Shown in pieces: positions 8,677 through 17,854 of a stretch of 64,000 nucleotides of DNA. The stretch is from sequence record MW735835.1. One strand, 5' to 3'. The notes beneath the pieces are model-generated. The model did not search any database. It had not been told where the DNA came from and was given only the letters and a program-made list of their open reading frames with translations. Made by a program: the position numbers and the translations under genes. Each line of letters begins with the position of its first letter. Positions within the stretch are counted from its first letter, which is position 1.

Positions 8677-9831
8677 TTATTGACGCGGCAGCCAGATTTG
8701 ACTGGATGCGGGGCGGTGCAGCTCGAACGGGAAGGTCATGCCATGGTCATTGTGGCGTACCACGTTGACACGGTATTGGCCGTTGTCCTGCTCTTGCGGA
8801 GCGGCTTGAGTCGCTGCCACATCGAGCCACTTCTCCATGTAGGGGAGCGGCATTTCCAACGGTGCCTTGAAGTCCACCGGACGTTCGAGCACGTCCATGG
8901 CGTCGGCACAGTTGAAGTTGATGTAGGAACCGATCTCGTCCCAGCCCACACCCGGCACCTTGGAACCGGAGTCACGCTGGAAGTTGCGCCAGCGCATTTC
9001 CGAAGCACGGACCTCCAGCATCATGTCGTCGATGAGCTGGCGGTTGGCCTTCCAGGCAGCACGACCACGGGCAGTGGCCATTTCGGTCTGGAGCACGTAC
9101 TTGCCGACGTTCACATGGATCTCGGCTTCGTCCTGAGCGATACGCTGTACCGCTTTGCAGATCGGCATGTAGTCGCCAGTCTGAGCGATAGCGCCGGTCA
9201 CGGCGAAGGAGCCCATGAAGTGGACGCGCTCCAGCAGGAACAGGGCCACGGTGAACATGAAGGCAGCCGAGTAGGCTTCTTCGGAGTTGCGGTCGATCTC
9301 GCCCAGGGAAACACGCAGACCAACGCGGTAGGAATGACCCATGACCTTGCTGACGGTTTCCATGCGGGACATGGCTTCCTTGATCGCCAGGACTTCGGAG
9401 AGCACCTGGTTCGGCGCATCGAAGCTGTACCGCACGATCTCGGAGTAGGTAGTGGCGTGCAGGTTCTCGTTCGCCACGATCTGGTCCCACAGCACTTTGA
9501 GGGCCGGGTTGGTGACGAAGTGGTTGCCTACTGCCATGATGGAGTTGGCTGCGATGGAATCGCCTTCCCACTGCCAGCCGAGGTTCTGGATCATTGCCTG
9601 AGCGATCCACTTGTCCCCGGTCTTGAATTCGAGCAGGCACGGACTGAAGTCGAACTCGTTGGTGTCCCAGTCCAGACCACGCAGCGAACGCCACATCTCC
9701 CACAGACGCGGGTGCGGGTCGTTCACGGTATCCAGCAGGCCCTTTGGTTCACCAAGGAATAGACGCGTGTCCCCATAATCGCCCTTGTTGGCGTTGAAGA
9801 TCACGGAGTCGATGATTGCAATTTCCGACAT
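8677..9831 (-). CDS. nrdB: Ribonucleotide reductase class I beta subunit
   Basis: Di-metal ligand motifs GDS, ENLHATTY (E-x2-H plus radical Tyr), LLERVHF and DEAEIH; adjacent to nrdA. Confidence 0.9.
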   Translation of the reverse strand: MSEIAIIDSVIFNANKGDYGDTRLFLGEPKGLLDTVNDPHPRLWEMWRSLRGLDWDTNEFDFSPCLLEFKTGDKWIAQAMIQNLGWQWEGDSIAANSIMAVGNHFVTNPALKVLWDQIVANENLHATTYSEIVRYSFDAPNQVLSEVLAIKEAMSRMETVSKVMGHSYRVGLRVSLGEIDRNSEEAYSAAFMFTVALFLLERVHFMGSFAVTGAIAQTGDYMPICKAVQRIAQDEAEIHVNVGKYVLQTEMATARGRAAWKANRQLIDDMMLEVRASEMRWRNFQRDSGSKVPGVGWDEIGSYINFNCADAMDVLERPVDFKAPLEMPLPYMEKWLDVAATQAAPQEQDNGQYRVNVVRHNDHGMTFPFELHRPASSQIWLPRQ

Positions 9832-9890
9832 GGGTTTGAATTCCGAAAGAGGGAGGAAAGTCGGGGATTGCTCCCCGACTACCGTAGCAG

Positions 9891-12389
9891 TTAAACCGAG
9901 CAGCCGCCCGAGGTGCAGACCGGACCGGAGGTGTCGATGCCGTCGTCTTCCACGACTTCACGACGCACACGGGTCATCACCGCCTTGAGTGCTTCCTTGT
10001 CGGAAGTCTCGGAGTTGGTGTAGTAGACCGTCTTCTGACCCATGTGGGCCATGTAGTTGGTCTCTTCGATCAGCTGAGAAGAGTCGATCTTCTCGTCGCC
10101 CTTGAAGGTCGCGTACCAGTCGGCACTGATGGACTGATCGCCCCACTTCTGGAAGATCGCGTAGGTGTTGGTATGTTCCTTACGCGTGCGGTTCCAGGCA
10201 ATGGAGTACCATTCCTTCAGGGTGTCGGCTTCCGGCGCTACCCAGTAGATGGAGTTGTCGCCATCGGTCTTGACGATCGACAGGTAACGCAGGTCCATCA
10301 GACTGTTGGTGCAGGCACTGTACTTCGAGGACGACTCACCCGGCATGTGAGCAATGAGCGAGCTGAAGCGACCACCGCCTTGTTCGATCAGGCGACGCGA
10401 GACGTCATCCCAGTCGTACTGGTCAACGAACGGCGCCAGGGTGTCGACGTTGCGGTTGTAGGTGGACTTGGGAGTCCAGCCGCGCGGCCAGTCAGTCTTG
10501 TGAATCCACTCGGCGTTGCCGCGCTCCTGACCCAGGCGAATGGACGCATTGATCAGGTGGTACGCATGACGTTCTGCCAGACGGTGCAGTTCCATCATGC
10601 CCTCTTCCGAGGTATAGCTCAGATGGCGCTGAGCCATGTAGTGCGCGACGTCCATGAGGCCCACACCTGCGTTACGTCGTGCTTGTGCGGTGAGCTTCAT
10701 GTGCGGCAGAGCGTAGTCGTTGTGATCGATGCAGTAGTCGATCATGTACAGTGCGTTGTAGGCAGTCTCTGCGTACTGCTCTTCGCTGTGGATGTTGGTC
10801 GGGATGATGGCAGCCAGGGCACAGAGGGACACCTCCGGCTCTTGACGCTTGTCGTTGACCTGGGTCACGCGGGACCAGTCGTCATCGCCTTCCTTACGAT
10901 CCTGCGGCGCACGACGGTACATGACACCCGGCTTGAGTTCCAGCGCTGCCACGCAGCCCGGGATGCCCTTCACTTCGACCGGCACGTTGGAGTCGAGGAA
11001 CACGTCCTTCTTGTCTTCGGTGTCGAACTTGATGAAGCCCAGGAACTTGGTGCTGTACAGCTCAGTCAGGTGGTTGTAGTACCAGGTTGGCTGGGTGATC
11101 TCGACGCACAGGTTGGAGGAGTAGATCGAATCACGGTGCGGCGTGTGATAGTTGATCTCGTCGATCATGGCCAGGTAGAAGCGGCCAGTCTCGAAGCCTT
11201 CCGAACGAGCGTTCACCACCAGCTGACGGGCAGAGATGAACTTCTTCTTGAACTTCTCATCGGCTTCGTACTTGTTGTACAGCTCGATGAAGTGCCTCAG
11301 GTCCTTACCGTACAGCGCGGCGTACAGGTCCGGCGCGGTGTAGATGTTGAACAGGAAGACTTGTTCGCCCTTGGCTGACTTGTCGAGCAGCCAACGGTTC
11401 AGCATCATGGTGTAATCGATGCTGCGGTTACGCTTGTTGATCGGAGTCCGCGGGTTCTTGAGAACCATGATTTCCTGGACTTCCGGATCGTAGCAGCTGA
11501 AGTACTCGTTCAGGCTGCCGCCACGGCTACCTTGCTTGTTCGACTTGACGATGCCAGTCTGCTTGCCGTAGTACGGGATCTTGCCGCTGTGGATGATGGA
11601 ACCACCACGGATGGGGTCGCCCAGCGAGCGCACCTGCATGTTCTCGCCCAGACCGGCGGACATGTAGGTCATGACTTCGGCGATGTGGCTGGCCGCTGCG
11701 ATGGACTCTTTGGAGTCGCCAGCAGTGAACAGGCAGCACGAGAAGAAGCCGTTGTGGCCAGTGCCGAAGTTGTTGTGGTTCGGAGTCGGTGCCGACAGAC
11801 GCTCGCTGTAGAGGTCTTCGTAGATCGACTTCAGGCGAGCCATACGAAGGATCGGGTCGTGATCCTCACACATGACCATCGCGACACGCGCCAGGGCGTG
11901 CTGACGGGTCTCGTAGACCTTGCCGGTGATGCGGTTGCGCAGGGAGTACTTGTCGCGACCCTGCTTGAGTTGGTAGTGCGCGCAATGGAAGTCACGCTCG
12001 TGGTCGATCCAGGTCTCGATCAGCGCGTACTCTTCTTCGGAGTAGTTGAGCTGGACCATGACACCGGCGGCGATCATGATTTCGTGCACTTGCTTCAGCG
12101 GAAGCTTCTTCTTGCTGCCGAATACCTCTTTGTGGATATCGGCGGCATAAATGCGCCCTGCCATCAATTGGCCGGCCCAGCTGTCCTCATTCAGCGCATT
12201 GCGGATGAGGCCGTTGTTGAATTCCTTGGCTGTGCAGCGCTCAGACATCTGCGAGACGGTCTGGACGACGATCTTCTGCCAGTCGATGTATTTGGAGAAG
12301 CCACGAGCACCCCACTTACCCCAACCAAGGGCTTTCTCTGCCTGGAAAGGCACTACTCGTCCGTCGCGTTTGATGAATTCTTTGATCAT
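9891..12389 (-). CDS. nrdA: Ribonucleotide reductase class I alpha subunit
   Basis: IKRDG start, SAPTP, FSCC, SNLCVEI catalytic motif, SLCALAAI, C-terminal CTSGGC. Confidence 0.95.
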   Translation of the reverse strand: MIKEFIKRDGRVVPFQAEKALGWGKWGARGFSKYIDWQKIVVQTVSQMSERCTAKEFNNGLIRNALNEDSWAGQLMAGRIYAADIHKEVFGSKKKLPLKQVHEIMIAAGVMVQLNYSEEEYALIETWIDHERDFHCAHYQLKQGRDKYSLRNRITGKVYETRQHALARVAMVMCEDHDPILRMARLKSIYEDLYSERLSAPTPNHNNFGTGHNGFFSCCLFTAGDSKESIAAASHIAEVMTYMSAGLGENMQVRSLGDPIRGGSIIHSGKIPYYGKQTGIVKSNKQGSRGGSLNEYFSCYDPEVQEIMVLKNPRTPINKRNRSIDYTMMLNRWLLDKSAKGEQVFLFNIYTAPDLYAALYGKDLRHFIELYNKYEADEKFKKKFISARQLVVNARSEGFETGRFYLAMIDEINYHTPHRDSIYSSNLCVEITQPTWYYNHLTELYSTKFLGFIKFDTEDKKDVFLDSNVPVEVKGIPGCVAALELKPGVMYRRAPQDRKEGDDDWSRVTQVNDKRQEPEVSLCALAAIIPTNIHSEEQYAETAYNALYMIDYCIDHNDYALPHMKLTAQARRNAGVGLMDVAHYMAQRHLSYTSEEGMMELHRLAERHAYHLINASIRLGQERGNAEWIHKTDWPRGWTPKSTYNRNVDTLAPFVDQYDWDDVSRRLIEQGGGRFSSLIAHMPGESSSKYSACTNSLMDLRYLSIVKTDGDNSIYWVAPEADTLKEWYSIAWNRTRKEHTNTYAIFQKWGDQSISADWYATFKGDEKIDSSQLIEETNYMAHMGQKTVYYTNSETSDKEALKAVMTRVRREVVEDDGIDTSGPVCTSGGCSV

Positions 12390-12448
12390 GGGTTACTGCC
12401 CTAGCTGGTGATTCCTTGACCGATTCCGTTAAGTGATGGTCCTCTATG

Positions 12449-12459
12449 CATAATGTATC
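12449..12459 (-). promoter_or_regulatory. Putative phage promoter GATACATTATG upstream of nrdA
   Basis: Matches the ATACAT(T)AT motif also at 12495, 23161, 41087 and 42285. Confidence 0.45.
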
Positions 12460-12494
12460 CGGGGGTCTATTTCTTTTGTAAATTCGACGGATAT

Positions 12495-12509
12495 ATAACG
12501 ATACATTAT
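12495..12509 (+). promoter_or_regulatory. Putative phage promoter ATAACGATACATTAT
   Basis: ATAACGATACAT (12 nt) recurs exactly at 41087; both copies lie in AT-rich intergenic DNA ahead of accessory operons. Confidence 0.5.
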
Positions 12510-12574
12510 CGCGGTGTGAAGGCCCAGTTAAAATAAAAGGACCAACACTTTACTATGCTGTAAGGGGAGTTTTT

Positions 12575-12889
12575 ATGGAAGCCATAACCGTCCACAAGCT
12601 CAACGATAAGCTCATTGTGAGCCTCCTTGAGTTACCGGGGTTTCGCCGCTTGGGGGCAGTGGTAGTGCGGAACGAGCAAGGAGAGAAGTCAGGCGACGTG
12701 GATGTCTACTTCTCGGGCGATTACTTCGATCATCAACTTGAACCAGGGGAGTTCGATAAAACGCGTAACCAGATGACCAAGCTGGTCAGGAACTACGCAA
12801 TCAAAAATAAGCTGGGCGTCTCGACAGGGCGGTTCAATCTGTCCCTGACGTTGCGCGAACGAGCAAACGCAAAACTCGCAGTGGTATAA
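12575..12889 (+). CDS. Hypothetical protein
   Basis: ORF with GGGGAG RBS, first gene of the rightward operon. Confidence 0.65.
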   Translation: MEAITVHKLNDKLIVSLLELPGFRRLGAVVVRNEQGEKSGDVDVYFSGDYFDHQLEPGEFDKTRNQMTKLVRNYAIKNKLGVSTGRFNLSLTLRERANAKLAVV

Positions 12890-12899
12890 GGGGAACTCA

Positions 12900-13235
12900 A
12901 TGGGTTGGATCAGAAACATGCGCGGTCGCCAAGAAGAGCGTGAAAGACTGTACAAAAGCATCGAGATCAACGGGAGAGCACTCCTCGGTCTGATCAAGGT
13001 ACCTCCAGCTCGAGCGTACGGGTTAGAAACCCTGAATGAAGAAATCCGTTCCATCTACCGTGAATTCCTTGATCAAGGGAAGCGGCTGGGTGAACTGAGC
13101 AAAGGTCAACCCTGGTATGTGGTTTCCTGGTACGGAACCCGTATCTGTGAAATGGCAACGAATGCCAAAAACTACTTAACCATGATCGAGAAGAAGATCT
13201 ATGGTCCACCATTAACACCCTCGGAAGAAGGTTAA
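12900..13235 (+). CDS. Hypothetical protein
   Basis: ORF with RBS, tightly packed in the operon. Confidence 0.65.
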   Translation: MGWIRNMRGRQEERERLYKSIEINGRALLGLIKVPPARAYGLETLNEEIRSIYREFLDQGKRLGELSKGQPWYVVSWYGTRICEMATNAKNYLTMIEKKIYGPPLTPSEEG

Positions 13236-13239
13236 CGAC

Positions 13240-14064
13240 ATGTCCCTCAAGAGCGATGGCTGGATCATCCACCAGTGTTCCAAGCCCACTCACCGTTATC
13301 ACGTTTACGGTCATCCTGAGAAGTTCAGGCTGATCTCTCCGCCTTACTCGTTCGAAGAACGTCAGGCCATCGACAACTGGTGTCCTGAGATGGGTCACGA
13401 GCGCCTGATGCGTCGCGACTACGCCATGCCTCTGGAAGAAGCAGAATTGGCTGACTGGAAGCCAATGATCGAGAACTTCCATGAGCAGCCGGTCCGTTAC
13501 GTGGACAAGACCACGGGTGAGCCGGTGAACCTAGCCGATGGCGTCGACCCTGATGGCGCCCTGCGCAAGGTCATCTCCTACGGCACGTCGTCGTACGGCT
13601 ACGATGTCCGCCTGGCTGGCAACGTCGAACACCTCAAGGTCTTCACCAACGTCTACGAAGCCGAGATCGATCCCAAGCGCATGAAGGCTACGAACTTCGG
13701 CACCCCGGCGATCAAGGTGGATGAGGACGGTGCACGTTACGTGATGATCCCGCCGCACAGCTACCTGCAAGGCCCGACCATGGAGTACTTCCGCATTCCG
13801 CGCGATGTACTCGTGATCGTGTTGGGTAAGAGCACCTACGCCCGCTCTGCCCTGATCTGCAACGTCACTCCGATCGAGCCTGAGTTTGAAGGCGAAGTTG
13901 TGATCGAAGTGGCCAACACCACCAACAGCCCTGTCCGCTGCTACCTGGAAGAAGGCATCGCACAGTTCGTCTTCTTCCAAGGCGACGAAGCCTGCCTGCG
14001 TTCCTACAAGGACAAGCTCGGCAAGTACATGGGACAACGCGGCCTGCAACTGGCTAAGGTATAA
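13240..14064 (+). CDS. dcd: dCTP deaminase
   Basis: ISYGTSSYGYDVRL; GKSTYARS...NVTPIEPEFEG; EGIAQFVFF; KYMGQRG. Confidence 0.92.
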   Translation: MSLKSDGWIIHQCSKPTHRYHVYGHPEKFRLISPPYSFEERQAIDNWCPEMGHERLMRRDYAMPLEEAELADWKPMIENFHEQPVRYVDKTTGEPVNLADGVDPDGALRKVISYGTSSYGYDVRLAGNVEHLKVFTNVYEAEIDPKRMKATNFGTPAIKVDEDGARYVMIPPHSYLQGPTMEYFRIPRDVLVIVLGKSTYARSALICNVTPIEPEFEGEVVIEVANTTNSPVRCYLEEGIAQFVFFQGDEACLRSYKDKLGKYMGQRGLQLAKV

Positions 14065-14068
14065 CGAG

Positions 14069-14449
14069 ATGAAAGAAGCAGTACTGAAACTCGGCGTGGG
14101 TCAAATCCAGATTTCCGATGAGACCCTGGAGAAACTCAAGGCCAAAGCCGACAAAGGCCAGCTCCTCTCTGAGTTCGGCGCACCTCGATTGCCGGAGGGT
14201 GTAGGTGGCGCTGAGAAAGCTGACCGTTACCGCACCATTCTGCCATCCCGTGTCTGTGCCCAGATCACTAATCTGCACCGTGGTGATGACGGCAACGTCT
14301 ACGGCACTGTCAAACCCCACGGCCCCATGGCCAAGGTGTTGAAGCAGGCAATGGAAGGCGGTAATGCCGAAGCACTTCAATTCGGTGTCCGCGTCGTCAC
14401 CCGCGCCAGCGTCTCTGAAGCCATCACCTACGACCTCGTCAAGTTCTGA
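14069..14449 (+). CDS. Hypothetical protein
   Basis: ORF with phage-like codon usage, tightly packed. Confidence 0.65.
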   Translation: MKEAVLKLGVGQIQISDETLEKLKAKADKGQLLSEFGAPRLPEGVGGAEKADRYRTILPSRVCAQITNLHRGDDGNVYGTVKPHGPMAKVLKQAMEGGNAEALQFGVRVVTRASVSEAITYDLVKF

Positions 14450-14456
14450 GGACAAC

Positions 14457-15407
14457 ATGAAAGACACCATCGTTCTGTATCACCGTGGCTGCAATGACGG
14501 TATCGTTGCTGCCTGGGCTGTACGCCAGAAACTGGGCATGGGGCCGCACGTCAAGTACTTCCCTTACCAGTACGGCGAGAAGCTGCCGGTAGAAGTGTTC
14601 GGCAACCATGTCATCATGGTCGACCTGTCCGTCCCGGAGAAGCAGCTTGCTGAGCTGCGTCAGGAAGTGGAGTCGGTGCTCATCATTGACCACCACAAGA
14701 CGGCTGAACCGCTGCAAGCTGCCATGCGCCCGGTGAGAACCTACAGCGAGTACATCCGCTATCGGTCGCAGGGCGATATGACGTTCCTGTACTTCGATAA
14801 GGAACATTCGGGTGCGGTCTTGACCTGGGCCTTCTTCAACGACCACAAGGACATCGACACCGCGTTGATGCCTATGGCGCTGAAATTGATCGAGGACTAC
14901 GACCTGTGGAAACACGAGCACCCGGACTCGAAGGCAGTCAACGCCTGGCTGATCAATGGTGGCCTCTCCATGGACCGTGTCGACCAGCTGATGTCGCATG
15001 ATGGCGAAGTACCGGAAGAAGTCTTGCTCGTTGGGCGCGCCCTGATGCGTTACGACGACAAGATCATCAAGTCGGTGCTGCGTGAATACGTGGTCGAGGA
15101 AACCCTCGATGACGGCACCACGCTCGCCATCGTCAACGCTCCGCACCACCTGCGTAACGAGATCGGTGATCGTCTCGCTGACAAGTACGACTTCGTGGCG
15201 CTCTACACCTACCGCAAGGAGAAGGTGATCTGGAGCCTGCGATCCAAGTCCTACGACGTCTCGAAGGTAGCCGAGAAGTTCGATGGTGGTGGTCATCACC
15301 TGGCTGCCGCCTTCGCTCGGGTTCATCATCCGATCCGTCATCCATTCCACCGTTTCAGTATCCGCCGCCGTCTGAAGGCTGCGTGGTACGGCCTGATAGG
15401 GAAATAG
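14457..15407 (+). CDS. DHH/DHHA1-family phosphoesterase
   Basis: YHRGCNDG, MVDL, IDHHKT, DYDLW and C-terminal GGGHHLAAAF; start reset to ATG 14457. Confidence 0.85.
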   Translation: MKDTIVLYHRGCNDGIVAAWAVRQKLGMGPHVKYFPYQYGEKLPVEVFGNHVIMVDLSVPEKQLAELRQEVESVLIIDHHKTAEPLQAAMRPVRTYSEYIRYRSQGDMTFLYFDKEHSGAVLTWAFFNDHKDIDTALMPMALKLIEDYDLWKHEHPDSKAVNAWLINGGLSMDRVDQLMSHDGEVPEEVLLVGRALMRYDDKIIKSVLREYVVEETLDDGTTLAIVNAPHHLRNEIGDRLADKYDFVALYTYRKEKVIWSLRSKSYDVSKVAEKFDGGGHHLAAAFARVHHPIRHPFHRFSIRRRLKAAWYGLIGK

Positions 15408-15409
15408 CA

Positions 15410-15640
15410 ATGGCAAAAAAGAAACTGCGTGCTCCCGCTCGTGTCAATGCTTACGAGCATTACATGCGCGGTCGTGATCTCTGCGACACCAGCGTGGAGA
15501 TCACTCAAGGCAACGGCCACAAGGCCTGGGTCCCTGCTCGGTTCATGGGCTATGACACCATCCTCGAACGGATCAAGCTCACCTGGGCGGTCTTCACGGG
15601 CCGTGCAGACGCACTGTTCTGGCCGGGGCAGGAGGACTGA
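15410..15640 (+). CDS. Small hypothetical protein
   Basis: ATG 15410 (MAKKKL), 2 nt after the previous stop. Confidence 0.6.
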   Translation: MAKKKLRAPARVNAYEHYMRGRDLCDTSVEITQGNGHKAWVPARFMGYDTILERIKLTWAVFTGRADALFWPGQED

Positions 15641-15642
15641 GC

Positions 15643-15852
15643 ATGACCGACAACTCCGTGCTGATCATCGCATCTGTCGTCATGGCTGCGGTGGTTCAGA
15701 TGCTCGTCCCGTTCCTGTTCCAACTCTGGCGACCGAGCAAGACCGTCCCCAACCCGCTGCTGGTGATCTTCGTTTACTGGCCAGCGGCATCGCTGGTCAT
15801 CTGGGCGATCCTCTGGATTGCCTACCGGCTGTATTTCAACTCTTACCCCTGA
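15643..15852 (+). CDS. Small two-helix membrane protein
   Basis: Two hydrophobic stretches; GGAGG RBS. Confidence 0.65.
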   Translation: MTDNSVLIIASVVMAAVVQMLVPFLFQLWRPSKTVPNPLLVIFVYWPAASLVIWAILWIAYRLYFNSYP

Positions 15853-15946
15853 GAAAGGGTATAACCCACCGGCTACATGAGTAGCCGGTTTTTAACCGTC
15901 CGCAAGGACATCACCCTAAAGCTACCCAAGTAGCAGGAGACTTCCC

Positions 15947-16366
15947 ATGGAAGCCAAAGAAACCGCCCGTCAAGCCGCACTGCACGAGAACCTCGAAGTC
16001 CTGACCATTCGCCAACTGAAGGCGTTGCTCTGCTTCCAGACTCTCCAGATGATGGCCACGCGGAAACAGACCGTCAACTACGAGACCCTGGCGATCATGT
16101 TAGGCATGCCTTCTCAAGGCAGCCAATTGGCCCAGTCGATCTCGCCGGTCCTGTACGACGTCTTCAACTTCTGCATCGAAGCAGGCCTACCGCACCTGAC
16201 CGTCCTGGTGGTGCGTAAGTCCGGCCGTGACCGCGATCTCCCTGGTCCGGGCTTCTGGAAGGTGTACCGCCCGAATGAAGAGCTGAACATGGCTCAGAAG
16301 GTGGAACTCACCGAAGAAGAAACCACGAAGTGCTTCCGCCTGTTCGAGAAGCTTGGCGCCTCGTAA
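15947..16366 (+). CDS. Hypothetical protein (possible winged-helix-like domain)
   Basis: AGGAG RBS; Y-E-x-LA...C...GLPHLTVLVVRKSG...PGPGFW pattern. Confidence 0.6.
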   Translation: MEAKETARQAALHENLEVLTIRQLKALLCFQTLQMMATRKQTVNYETLAIMLGMPSQGSQLAQSISPVLYDVFNFCIEAGLPHLTVLVVRKSGRDRDLPGPGFWKVYRPNEELNMAQKVELTEEETTKCFRLFEKLGAS

Positions 16367-16385
16367 CGCCTAGAAGGAACCTATC

Positions 16386-17189
16386 ATGAAACGAATTCTC
16401 AGCATCCTGTTACTGTCGTTCTGCGCCAATGCACTGGCCGCGGTGGACTACACATGGACCAGCCTCGCCATCCCGGATGAGACCTCCACCAAGGGCCTCC
16501 CTGCCGTGATCCCTTGCGTAACCAAGACGGCACAGGACGGCAAGCCTCTGCTAGTGTGCACCTGGATGGAGACTTCGCGTGAAGTCCTTATCTGGGATGC
16601 TCAGCGGCAGCAGGATGTACGCTACGTCAACCAGGTGGGTGGCACGTGCCTCCGTGGCAAATGTCGCACCAGCAACGCCATTGTCGGTCAATGGAACCAA
16701 GACGGCTATTTCCGGCTGTCCATCTGGTACCAGATCGGCGTGAGCACCGATGGCTTGCCGGTGGCCTACCGCATTGATACCAACAAACAGGTGTCGTACC
16801 TGGATGCTGGGATTTCGTTGCTGCAATTCTATCTGGACATCGGGGTGCCCGACGATCAGATCCGTCCGACCTTCGAAAACCGCTACCAAGGCGGTTATCA
16901 AGGTTTCCGTGATGCAGGCGGTTACCTGTCCAGCGATCCGTTGGACTTGCCGCCTACTAACGTCACGGCCAGCGCTACTCAATCCGAGTGGCCTGAAGTC
17001 AAAACTGCGTGGTGTAACCCGCGCATGGATGACGACTGCTACATCAACGGGAAGAAGGTACCGATTGCCGAGTTGGGCAAGTGGCTCCCAGACGTCGCCG
17101 AATCGAACATAGACCAGATCGGCGGCTACTGCGAGACCATCCTCTGCTTCGACAAGGACAATCAGCCGATCGGCTACCTGTTGCAATAA
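16386..17189 (+). CDS. Secreted/periplasmic Cys-containing protein
   Basis: Sec-type signal MKRILSILLLSFCANALA ending in an AxA site; several Cys. Confidence 0.7.
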   Translation: MKRILSILLLSFCANALAAVDYTWTSLAIPDETSTKGLPAVIPCVTKTAQDGKPLLVCTWMETSREVLIWDAQRQQDVRYVNQVGGTCLRGKCRTSNAIVGQWNQDGYFRLSIWYQIGVSTDGLPVAYRIDTNKQVSYLDAGISLLQFYLDIGVPDDQIRPTFENRYQGGYQGFRDAGGYLSSDPLDLPPTNVTASATQSEWPEVKTAWCNPRMDDDCYINGKKVPIAELGKWLPDVAESNIDQIGGYCETILCFDKDNQPIGYLLQ

Positions 17190-17244
17190 CTTCGTTCCAC
17201 AGGGGCTGCCCATGTAGCCCCTTTGACCACTATGGGGTAACAAA

Positions 17245-17787
17245 ATGTCTGTAATGATCCTGAAGACCGGCTACATCATTCATGACCTCGGTCTGGTTCC
17301 GCGTATCAAAGGCTTGTCCCGTGACCCGCACAGCGGACGTGACCGCTGGGTCGTCAATCCGACCAACAGCAACACTGTCGAAGAGCGCACCGTGTTCCAC
17401 GACGGTTGCTACGGCCAGTCTGCTGCCATGTCTTACAAGGCTGCCATCGAGTTCCTCTACGCCCACAGCGAACGCCTCTACACCGGCGGCATGCGTCGTA
17501 CGCTCCACGAGCGTCGGGACAAGAAGAACAAGACAGGTACAGTCGGCGTGTGCTTGAACATCACGCACCGTGGCAATCTGGATTACTACTGTGTGGTGGC
17601 CACACCTCTGGCTGAGCAGCCGGGCATGATGATCTATGCGGGTAACGAGAACACCAAGGATAAATACCTTGCTGCTGCACTCGTGCTGGCTAAGGACCAT
17701 CGGGATAACGCTGTGCACAAGTACAGCAAGCGACGCCGCGTGAAACTCAAGGACGCCATGCCATGGCGAATCCCGGGTATCATGTGA
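17245..17787 (+). CDS. Hypothetical basic protein, possibly AP2-like DNA-binding
   Basis: NKTGTVGV resembles the AP2-domain lead-in of phage HNH-AP2 proteins; no HNH motif. Confidence 0.45.
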   Translation: MSVMILKTGYIIHDLGLVPRIKGLSRDPHSGRDRWVVNPTNSNTVEERTVFHDGCYGQSAAMSYKAAIEFLYAHSERLYTGGMRRTLHERRDKKNKTGTVGVCLNITHRGNLDYYCVVATPLAEQPGMMIYAGNENTKDKYLAAALVLAKDHRDNAVHKYSKRRRVKLKDAMPWRIPGIM

Positions 17788-17796
17788 CGATCTCTA

Positions 17797-17822
17797 GCAG
17801 GGAGGGGTCATCCCCTCCCTGC
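17797..17822 (+). terminator. Intrinsic terminator
   Basis: gcagggagggg-tcat-cccctccctgc followed by a T-rich tract. Confidence 0.7.
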
Positions 17823-17854
17823 ATCCCTTTATTTTTTCTTTGTTCGAGGACGCC

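Noticed and set aside
10821-11108. Possible intein or intron in nrdA
   Set aside because: The frame is uninterrupted, and there are no C/S...HN-C/S/T splice residues or homing-endonuclease motifs. It is kept only as an insertion.
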